Shown here piece after piece: positions 57,058 through 64,000 of a stretch of DNA of 64,000 nucleotides. Both the position numbers and the translations under genes were made by a program. Position 1 is the first letter of the stretch; each line of letters opens with the position of its first letter. The DNA comes from an uncultured archaeon (GTDB lineage: Archaea; Iainarchaeota; Iainarchaeia; JAADDC01): contig CAZAKL010000002.1 in NCBI GenBank assembly GCA_964486025.1, forward strand, positions 2,312 through 66,311, given 5' to 3'. The notes beneath the pieces were generated by a model. The model saw nothing but the letters and a program-made list of their open reading frames with translations. It was not told where the DNA came from and ran no database searches.

Positions 57058-57821
57058 TGGGCGTTTACGAGGATTTGAGGAAGAAGATGGAAAAAGAGGC
57101 ACTTCATTTTTCCCTTATAGACCCGGATGAAATCGGATACGAGAACGCTGCCCGTTTCGCCGCCGCCGCAGAGGATGCGGGGACGGACGCAATCCTCGTT
57201 GGCGGAACGGTCGGTGTGCAGGGGGAACTCCTCGACGAGACCGTTAAGGACATACATAGCGCGGTGAAAATACCTGTTATTCTTTTCCCCGGGGATATTT
57301 CTGGCATATCCCCCTTCGCTGATGCCATTCTTTACCTCTCCCTCCTTAACTCGAGAAATCCTTACTATATCTCCGGGGTTCAGGCCCTCTCTGCCCCCAT
57401 AATAAGGCGCTGGGGGCTGGAGGTCATCCCCACGGCGTACCTCATAACTGAGCCGGGGGGAGAGACTGCTGCAGGGTGGGTTGGCGATGCACGTCCGCTC
57501 CCCGTCCGAAAGCCGTCCATCACGTACGCCTATGCCCTCTCCGCCCGCTTTATAGGCTACAGGTTCGTTTACCTCGAGGCCGGCTCGGGTGCGGCGTACC
57601 CCGTGGATGACCGCCTAATCATGGCTGCGAGGAAGGCACTTGACAGGGAGTTGCCGCTCATTGTGGGTGGAGGGATTAGAGACCCGGAGACTGCGGCCCG
57701 GAAGGTGCGGGCAGGTGCGGACGTTATAGTTACCGGCACCGCTCTCGAGAATACGGGGGATGTCGAGCGAACAGTGCGGTCATTCGTCGAGGCAATAAAA
57801 GCAGAGGAACGTGTTTTCTAA
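57057..57821 (+). CDS. geranylgeranylglyceryl phosphate synthase
   Basis: LIDPD, ILVGG, ILFPG, SLLNSRNP, YLEAGSGA, VGGGIR, VTGT. Confidence 0.92.
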   Translation: MGVYEDLRKKMEKEALHFSLIDPDEIGYENAARFAAAAEDAGTDAILVGGTVGVQGELLDETVKDIHSAVKIPVILFPGDISGISPFADAILYLSLLNSRNPYYISGVQALSAPIIRRWGLEVIPTAYLITEPGGETAAGWVGDARPLPVRKPSITYAYALSARFIGYRFVYLEAGSGAAYPVDDRLIMAARKALDRELPLIVGGGIRDPETAARKVRAGADVIVTGTALENTGDVERTVRSFVEAIKAEERVF

Positions 57822-57841
57822 ACGTTTTTCCATATTATTTT

Positions 57842-58906
57842 ATGGACGAAGTTCTCACAATCGATGGTTCGTACGGTGAGGGTGGCGGACAGGTTCTGCG
57901 CACTTCCCTCGCGTTCTCTGCACTTCTCGGAAAGCCAATTCGCGTGACGAAGATTCGCGCCCGCCGGCCTCGTCCCGGTCTGCAGCCGCAGCACCTTGCG
58001 TGTGTCCAGGCGCTCCAGAGGATAACCAATGCAAGGGTGAAGGGCGCCGCTCTTGATTCTACGGAACTTGAATTCATTCCCGGACATGTGCGGGCGGGAA
58101 ATTATACGATAAATATTGGAACTGCCGGCTCCATAACGCTTATCCTCCAATGTCTTATCCCTCCGCTCCTGTTTGCTCCTGAGCCTTCGACTTTACGTAT
58201 AATCGGCGGAACCGATGTGGAGCATGCCCCCACGTATGACTACTTTGCCCGCGTCTTTGTTCCGTGGGTGTCTCGCATGGGGGCAGCCATATCTGTTCGC
58301 CTGAAGCGGAGGGGTTACTATCCAAAGGGCGGCGGAGAGGTGATTGTCAGCATCCAGCCAGTCTCGCATCTTTCTCCAATACGCTTGGAGCGCTTTGAGG
58401 AGCCGTCTGTCATAAAGGGCATATCCCATGCGGGTGCTCTTCCAGAGCACGTTGCCAGACGGCAGGCGGAGGCGGCTGCGAAACGTCTCGAGGGGACGGG
58501 CTACGAAGCTGACATCGACGTGGTGACATACTCCCGTTCGGAAGTTCTCTGTCCCGGTTCCGGAATAACGCTCTGGACGGAGAATATGGCTGTAGGCGCG
58601 TCATCCCTTGGTGCGAAGGGCGTTCTTGCAGAGGTTGTGGGTAAGAGGGCAGCAAACTATCTCATACATCAGCTCGACGCGAGGAGGCCCGTGGATATGC
58701 ACATGGCTGACCAGCTCATACCGTACATGGCTATAGCGGACGGGGAGTCTCATATTAGGGCCACAGAAGCGACAATGCATCTCGTGACGAACCTCTGGGT
58801 CGTTGAGCAGTTTCTGGGCATTTCAGCCGACGTTCAGAAAGAAGAGGGGCGTAGCGTATCTGTACGCCTCAGAGGGATTGGCTTCAAGGTAGAGGAGAAG
58901 GAGTAG
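57842..58906 (+). CDS. rtcA: RNA 3'-terminal phosphate cyclase
   Basis: IDGSYGEGGGQVLR, RPRPGL.PQH, RGYYPKGGG, HVARRQ, DQL, HLVTN. Confidence 0.95.
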   Translation: MDEVLTIDGSYGEGGGQVLRTSLAFSALLGKPIRVTKIRARRPRPGLQPQHLACVQALQRITNARVKGAALDSTELEFIPGHVRAGNYTINIGTAGSITLILQCLIPPLLFAPEPSTLRIIGGTDVEHAPTYDYFARVFVPWVSRMGAAISVRLKRRGYYPKGGGEVIVSIQPVSHLSPIRLERFEEPSVIKGISHAGALPEHVARRQAEAAAKRLEGTGYEADIDVVTYSRSEVLCPGSGITLWTENMAVGASSLGAKGVLAEVVGKRAANYLIHQLDARRPVDMHMADQLIPYMAIADGESHIRATEATMHLVTNLWVVEQFLGISADVQKEEGRSVSVRLRGIGFKVEEKE

Positions 58907-59575
58907 TGCAAGGAGTATGAAGGGGCCGAAGCGGGGGAGATTGTCAAGTACCTTCACGGTTTCCACGCCCTTCTCCTTCAGCAGCTCTATATCCTTTTTC
59001 TCAAGCACCTTCTTTCCGGGCGGAAGGGCGTCCACAGGCTCTGCAAGCACGTCCTCTGGAACCAGGTCTTCCACTTTCCTTTCCCTGACGAAGAGCTCTT
59101 CCCTGTATCTCTGTCCAAGGTACGCCGTTACAATAGAGCCGTAGACTCCTGCCAGAAGGGGGGGAGTGAAGGCGTAGGGTACGGGGACAATCCGAAGCCA
59201 CCATAGTTTCCTCCCGAGGTAGAGCGAGTAGTATACGGAGAAGAAGATGGATGAGAGAATGAGGCCGAGTACGAGGATTGGAAGGGGCGATGGCACAGAG
59301 AACCCGGCAACGCCTATGAATGGCTTCCACGCGGCTATTCCCGCCAGTAGGAGGACGTCGCCGCCTCCCAGCTCGCCTGTGTAGTAGAGCAGGTACCCGA
59401 TTCCCAGCGTAGCCACCGAAACGAGGAGGGCGGTCCAGAAGAACCCTGAAAACCAGGCATATGCAAGCCCGAGGAATATGAGGGGAATTGTTAGCCATTC
59501 GGGAATCTCTCCCGTGTACGCGTCGATGATTGCTGCCACAGCCGACGCACCGACGATTGCAACCACGTCTAACAT
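58823..59575 (-). CDS. prepilin/prearchaellin peptidase (A24 family)
   Basis: D..TGEIP, LGGGDV (GxGD), C-terminal PRFGPFI. Confidence 0.85.
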   Translation of the reverse strand: MLDVVAIVGASAVAAIIDAYTGEIPEWLTIPLIFLGLAYAWFSGFFWTALLVSVATLGIGYLLYYTGELGGGDVLLLAGIAAWKPFIGVAGFSVPSPLPILVLGLILSSIFFSVYYSLYLGRKLWWLRIVPVPYAFTPPLLAGVYGSIVTAYLGQRYREELFVRERKVEDLVPEDVLAEPVDALPPGKKVLEKKDIELLKEKGVETVKVLDNLPRFGPFILLALLLLLYLEANPSEAYRYATPLFFLNVG

Positions 59576-60783
59576 TCCTCTCCCCCGTGTATCTCCATTA
59601 CGTCGAGCTGGGTTACCCTGCAGGGTACGCCCAGAATCTCGGAAACGGATGGTTTTGTCCGTCCGTCATCCCCGCTGACGAGCTCCTTGATGTAGAGACC
59701 GGACTCCGTGGTTATGTATAATATTATGTGGTGCTCGTCCTGCCACTCGCCCGTTATGTATATTACCTTTTTCTTGCGGAGCAAATCTGCACGGCGGTGG
59801 GATACACGTCTGGGCGTCCTCTGAAAAATTGTTCTGCCCTCCAGCTCTTTTAATCGCCCCAAGTCTTCCTTCGATACGGGTTTTTCGCACTCAACGAATG
59901 CCCTGTATGTTTTCGGGAATGCAGATGACTTGAGTGCCCTCGCCGTTTTCCTGTCCGACGGTTTAAGGCAGAGCACCTCCATCTTACCTGCTCCATGCTT
60001 GTTTATCTCTTCCCTCACCCACTCCCAGTCGTCGTAGCGTATTCTAGGCTCTACAACTTCAATTACAAACGGGCGCCCGCTTCCCAGCATCCGTGCATCT
60101 ATGTCTTCCCTTCCCGCTGCGTGGAGCTTCGTTTCCTTCCCCATGGTCACGCCGAGGAGCACATCAGCCATATAGTATTCAACGCTCTCTCTCCACTGCC
60201 GTCCGGTGTAATCGCATTTCTCGCAGCCCCTTCCTCCGCAGTAGCGGCAGGGCCACTTGCTCTGTGGCATCTCCGCGTACTTTCTGTAGCGGCCGTAGAG
60301 GTAGAGGGGATTGGACTTCACATAAACTTTTCCTGCCTCTGTATCGACGATTACGTCAACGTCCGGGCTCTCTGCATCGTATTCCTTGCCCGTTTTCTTA
60401 CGCAGTGCTTTGCCCACCTCTCTGTTTATGTGCTTCTTTATGGTTTCCGTGTTTTTGACACCCACAACCTCCCAGAGCTCTTCTTCCCGCCTTATTATTT
60501 CCTTGGATACGCGCGAGCCGACCCTGAATGTTTTGAAGACGTATCCTCGCATCTCCCTTTCAGCCGCGGACACATATTCGTCCAGTTTTGCGAATATGCC
60601 CATGCAGAAGTAGCATTTCTCCGGCGGGACTTCCTTTGCGCCGAGCGCCTCCCGTATTTTTCTGCCCCTCTCTGCGTTGTCCTTTCCGTCCACTTCGAGA
60701 AACGCCCTGCCCAGACAGTGGTCGCACACAGGATATCTTTCGACGAGCAACTTTGCTCTCTCCACCACGTCCTCCGGAATCAT
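59569..60783 (-). CDS. pus10: tRNA pseudouridine(54/55) synthase Pus10
   Basis: CDHCLGR, THUMP, HAAGREDIDARMLG.GRPF, QRTP.RV.HRR, GLYIKEL.SGD.GRT.PS. Confidence 0.95.
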   Translation of the reverse strand: MIPEDVVERAKLLVERYPVCDHCLGRAFLEVDGKDNAERGRKIREALGAKEVPPEKCYFCMGIFAKLDEYVSAAEREMRGYVFKTFRVGSRVSKEIIRREEELWEVVGVKNTETIKKHINREVGKALRKKTGKEYDAESPDVDVIVDTEAGKVYVKSNPLYLYGRYRKYAEMPQSKWPCRYCGGRGCEKCDYTGRQWRESVEYYMADVLLGVTMGKETKLHAAGREDIDARMLGSGRPFVIEVVEPRIRYDDWEWVREEINKHGAGKMEVLCLKPSDRKTARALKSSAFPKTYRAFVECEKPVSKEDLGRLKELEGRTIFQRTPRRVSHRRADLLRKKKVIYITGEWQDEHHIILYITTESGLYIKELVSGDDGRTKPSVSEILGVPCRVTQLDVMEIHGGEEC

Positions 60784-61343
60784 TCGCAGACACCGTCCAG
60801 CAAGAGGTTTATTGCACAGACAGTCTGCGATGCGGTGTAAATCCTGGAACCGATTCTTAGCTTGGGGAATTTCTCAAATTTCTCTCTTTCCGCCTCTGGT
60901 ATGCCGTATGGCCCCCCTACAACGTACATGACGTTCTCCCTGACTTTACCTCTCTCTCCATTCTCATCGAGGACAACCACAGGAACTGAAACTTCCTTCA
61001 GAATTTCTTCCACACCTTTCTTGGATACGTAAACGCCGTAATGAACTCGTTTCCACTCTTTGGTTGTGCTCTCCCCCAGCGCCTTTCTTATTATTGCAGC
61101 TACGCTTCTCTCGTCCGGGGATGTTTTCCTCAGCTCTCCCCCCACAAACTTTACTGTCTTCGGCGGGTCTGACGGCCCCGTGAACGTGATGTACAGAACA
61201 ACGTCCCGCCTTATGTCGTGGGACAGCCAGAACGCCATGTTTACGATTCTCGCTGCTTCGTCCATTCGTCCCGCGTTCGGGAGGCCGTTTAGCGACCAGT
61301 CTGCGTCTGTCCGCCCCTCCATTATAGCCCAGAATAGCCTCAC
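60780..61343 (-). CDS. trmY: tRNA (pseudouridine54-N1)-methyltransferase TrmY (SPOUT)
   Basis: GRMD, FWLSHDIR.DV, PDERS, YTASQ; coupled to pus10. Confidence 0.9.
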   Translation of the reverse strand: MRLFWAIMEGRTDADWSLNGLPNAGRMDEAARIVNMAFWLSHDIRRDVVLYITFTGPSDPPKTVKFVGGELRKTSPDERSVAAIIRKALGESTTKEWKRVHYGVYVSKKGVEEILKEVSVPVVVLDENGERGKVRENVMYVVGGPYGIPEAEREKFEKFPKLRIGSRIYTASQTVCAINLLLDGVCE

Positions 61344-62614
61344 TTGAACGCCCCCGGCAGGTTTCCCGAAGCGAGCATTTTTTCTATCCTTTTCCTGCTG
61401 CCCCTGCGCTTTAGCTTCTTCATGAGTTTCTCAGACCGCTTGAAATCTCTCAGAAATTCCCTGACGTCCGCCTCGCTTGTTCCCGAGCCCATTGCAATTC
61501 TGCGTATGCGGGATGGCTCACTCAGCACCTCCGGATGCGCGCGCTCATACTTTGTCATACTCTTGTAAATCGCATCGTATTTCTTGAACTTCTCCTCCGT
61601 CATCTTCTTTACTTCCTTGGGGATGGAGGATATCCCCAGCATCTCAAGTATTTTGTCTATGGGTCCCATTTCCCTTGTGGCCTTAATCTGGGCGTAAAAT
61701 TTGTTTATATCGTACTCTCCTTCCAGTATGTCTTCAATGCTAACGTTGGTTTCCTCTGCCATCTCTGCCAGCTTCTCTATGTCTGGAACGCCGAGAAGCC
61801 GCGATATGAACTTGTTGGCGTCAAATTCCTCAAAATCACGTATATGCTCCCCAGTTCCTATGAAATAGACGGGGACACCGGCGATGGCACAGGCGGAGAG
61901 TGCCCCACCGCCCTTTCCGCTCCCGTCCATCTTTGTTATCACGACACCGTCGACGCCGACCTCTTCCTTGAACCGCTCCGCCTCACGCCCCGCTGCCTGC
62001 CCCATGTCTGCTGGAATTACCAGAAGCGTCTTCTCGGGTATGAGCACGTTCCTGATTCTTTTAATCTCTTGTATCAGGTCTTCGTCCAGCGTGGTCCTTC
62101 CTGCCGTGTCGACGATGTACACATCAGCCTTCTGTCTCAACGCTTCTTCAACGATTTTTACGGGGTCTTTTTCTCCCCTTATGCCGAAGAACTTGAGGTT
62201 TGCCTTCTCTGCCAGCTGTTTCAGCTGGTCATATGCCGCGGGCCTGTGCGTATCCGCTGCAACGAGGATGACATCAAGCCCCCTCTTCTGTAACCAGTGG
62301 CCCAATTTCGCAGCGGTTGTCGTCTTTCCAGAACCGTAGAGCCCGAGGAGCATGATTCTTTGCGGTACGACGGGGAACGGCCGTTTGTTTCCCCCGAGAA
62401 TATCTACAAGCCGGTCATACAGAAGTTTCATAACGTATCTAGACTTTGGAACGCCCTTTGGAATCTCTGCACTTTTTATGTCCTTTACAAGCTTTGCAAC
62501 GACTCCCACATCGACGTCCGCCGCGATGAGTGCCCTCTGGACCTCCTTTAAAGCTCGGTCCACGTCAGCATCCCTTGATAGAATCTGAAACGCGTTTCGT
62601 ATTCTCTCCAGCAT
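61340..62614 (-). CDS. srp54: signal recognition particle protein SRP54
   Basis: GLYGSGKTT, DTAGR, TKMDGSGKGGG, M domain SMTKYER..SRIRRIAMGSG. Confidence 0.95.
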   Translation of the reverse strand: MLERIRNAFQILSRDADVDRALKEVQRALIAADVDVGVVAKLVKDIKSAEIPKGVPKSRYVMKLLYDRLVDILGGNKRPFPVVPQRIMLLGLYGSGKTTTAAKLGHWLQKRGLDVILVAADTHRPAAYDQLKQLAEKANLKFFGIRGEKDPVKIVEEALRQKADVYIVDTAGRTTLDEDLIQEIKRIRNVLIPEKTLLVIPADMGQAAGREAERFKEEVGVDGVVITKMDGSGKGGGALSACAIAGVPVYFIGTGEHIRDFEEFDANKFISRLLGVPDIEKLAEMAEETNVSIEDILEGEYDINKFYAQIKATREMGPIDKILEMLGISSIPKEVKKMTEEKFKKYDAIYKSMTKYERAHPEVLSEPSRIRRIAMGSGTSEADVREFLRDFKRSEKLMKKLKRRGSRKRIEKMLASGNLPGAFK

Positions 62615-62646
62615 CAGAAGAAAGTGATGGATGGTTTAAATAAGGG

Positions 62647-63546
62647 TTATTGCTCGCCCTGCCCGAGTATTGCGTCCACTATCTCCTCGGGATTGAAGGG
62701 TTTGAGGTCGTCCGGACTCTCGCCCAAACCCACGAAGAGTATGGGCTTTCCCGCACCGACGGTTGCCGTGAACGCGGAGCCGCCGCGCGCATCCGTGTCC
62801 AGCTTCGTCAGAACAACCGCGTCGACGCCCACTTCTTCATCAAACCTCCGTATCTGCTCGAGTAGCGCATTCCCCGTTATTGCTTCCCCCACGAATACCG
62901 TTATATGGGGCTTTACGACACGTTTTATCTTCCTCAGTTGCTCCATGAGGTTTTCATTCGTCTCCTGACGCCCGGCGGTGTCTATGAGGACGTAGTCATC
63001 ACCCCTTGCCCGCGCGCTCTTGACCGCGTCGAATGCGACAGCCGCAGGGTCCGCTCCGTAGTCGTGCTTCACGACTCTGACGCCGACCCTCCTTGCCCAT
63101 TCCTCCGTTTGCTCTATGCTCCCTGCCCGGAATGTATCCGAAGCGGATATGACAGAGGAGTATCCCTGCCCTTTCAGAAGGTAGGCAATCTTTGCTATGG
63201 TTGTGGTCTTGCCTACGCCGTTTGGTCCAACGAATAGGAGTATAAATGGTCTTTCCTCTGGCGGAACAATTCGGGGTGCAGGGACGCTCAGGAGCTCTAC
63301 CAGTGCGTCACGTATGGCGCTCAATATCTCTTTTCTGCCGGATACTTTTTTTCCGACGAGCTTTTCCTTCAGAATTTCGCGAAGCCGCTCCACAACCTCG
63401 AGGGCGACATCTGCCTGGAGAAGGGATATTTCGAGGTCGTCCAGGGCCTCCTCTATATGCTCCTCCCGTATTGTGATGCCCACTCCTGTCGCGGACGCCA
63501 CGCTGTCAGTGAACTTCCTCAGCGCCCGCGAGAACGCCTCGAACAT
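62647..63546 (-). CDS. ftsY: SRP receptor FtsY (NG domains only)
   Basis: GPNGVGKTT, DTFRAG, DPAAVAFDA, DTAGR, TKLDTDARGG. Confidence 0.95.
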   Translation of the reverse strand: MFEAFSRALRKFTDSVASATGVGITIREEHIEEALDDLEISLLQADVALEVVERLREILKEKLVGKKVSGRKEILSAIRDALVELLSVPAPRIVPPEERPFILLFVGPNGVGKTTTIAKIAYLLKGQGYSSVISASDTFRAGSIEQTEEWARRVGVRVVKHDYGADPAAVAFDAVKSARARGDDYVLIDTAGRQETNENLMEQLRKIKRVVKPHITVFVGEAITGNALLEQIRRFDEEVGVDAVVLTKLDTDARGGSAFTATVGAGKPILFVGLGESPDDLKPFNPEEIVDAILGQGEQ

Positions 63547-63878
63547 CAGCGCTGCACCCGTCTTGCCTGCTCCAGCAGTTTAACTCTCTGCTGGCGTGTT
63601 TTCTCGAGGGCGGAACGCACAGCCTCCTTGCGTTTCTGCAGTAGCTCTATTGCGGAGTCGATGTCCCTCTCTGCGAATACGTTGCCGCCGACGTTGACGA
63701 GGATTTTCTCTCCGTTCATCTTTACCGGCACCATGATGCCCGCACCTACGGGCATTAGCGCCTCCCCCCTTTCCTTGAGCTCCTTCAGAGCGCTTATTGT
63801 CGCTTCGGTCTCCTGTACAATGGCCGAGAGGACTGAGATTTGCTCGTCTATTGCCCTCAGCGCTTCCTCCAATCTCAT
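63546..63878 (-). CDS. pfdA: prefoldin subunit alpha (short)
   Basis: Coiled coils flanking LMPVGAG..ILVNVGGNVFAE beta-hairpins; conserved LX-pfdA-ftsY order. Confidence 0.88.
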   Translation of the reverse strand: MRLEEALRAIDEQISVLSAIVQETEATISALKELKERGEALMPVGAGIMVPVKMNGEKILVNVGGNVFAERDIDSAIELLQKRKEAVRSALEKTRQQRVKLLEQARRVQR

Positions 63879-64000
63879 TCCTTCACCTCTTCAACAGATT
63901 CAATCACAATCTGAGAGCGCTTAACGTGATGCTTCGAGCCAAGGTCAGAGTACAGAATCTCAAGGGCACGCTCCTTCCTGTCAGCATCGATTACCTTCGT
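63875..64000 (-). CDS. rpl18a: 50S ribosomal protein eL20 (LX/L18Ae), 3' part
   Basis: Manual translation ...TKVIDADRKERALEILYSDLGSKHHVKRSQIVIESVEEVKE*; ATGA overlap with pfdA. Confidence 0.88.
   Translation of the reverse strand, partial: TKVIDADRKERALEILYSDLGSKHHVKRSQIVIESVEEVKE

Noticed and set aside
2790..59571. Genome-wide TAG reassignment (Pyl/Gln/Trp)
   Set aside because: Conserved genes (GINS, dcd, pyrH, rtcA, pus10) end in TAG at their expected C-termini and no conserved gene in the window has an internal TAG.

Overview
Gene-dense (>95% coding by eye, many overlapping stop/start codons) core-genome window from an archaeon. It is most likely a thermophilic DPANN-type lineage; this is inferred from tRNA-Ile(UAU), the PriL/PriX-like chimera, the secF-secD order and the compactness, and needs phylogeny to confirm. 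Housekeeping content covers replication (cdc6, RPA-like OB protein, two tandem PCNAs, primase subunits, GINS, PolD DP1/DP2, RecJ/GAN-like DHH), translation and RNA modification (aIF2a, S27e, Nop10, aRF1, TmcA/Nat10, arcTGT-like, Pus10, TrmY, RtcA, aCPSF1, Csl4, an intron-containing tRNA-Ile(UAU)), proteostasis and export (proteasome beta, PAC2, FKBP, NAC, prefoldin, SRP54, FtsY, SecD/F, signal and prepilin peptidases) and ether-lipid synthesis (egsA, GGGPS). I saw no CRISPR array, transposase, integrase or rRNA. Most interesting signals: (1) the ac4C writer TmcA is translationally coupled to a YqfB-like ASCH protein that retains the ac4C-amidohydrolase residues, a candidate writer-eraser operon; (2) an unusual primase set: a cysteine-free PriL-N/PriX-C chimera, an ExD-type PriS and a second minimal AEP head-to-head with an Lhr helicase; (3) an unannotated ~70% acidic mini-ORF with its own TATA box and an in-frame amber codon; (4) an arcTGT homologue lacking both catalytic aspartates; (5) tandem divergent PCNAs; (6) an aRF1 with a ciliate-like KAGNIKD motif. 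All calls come from motif recognition by eye; no database searches were run.
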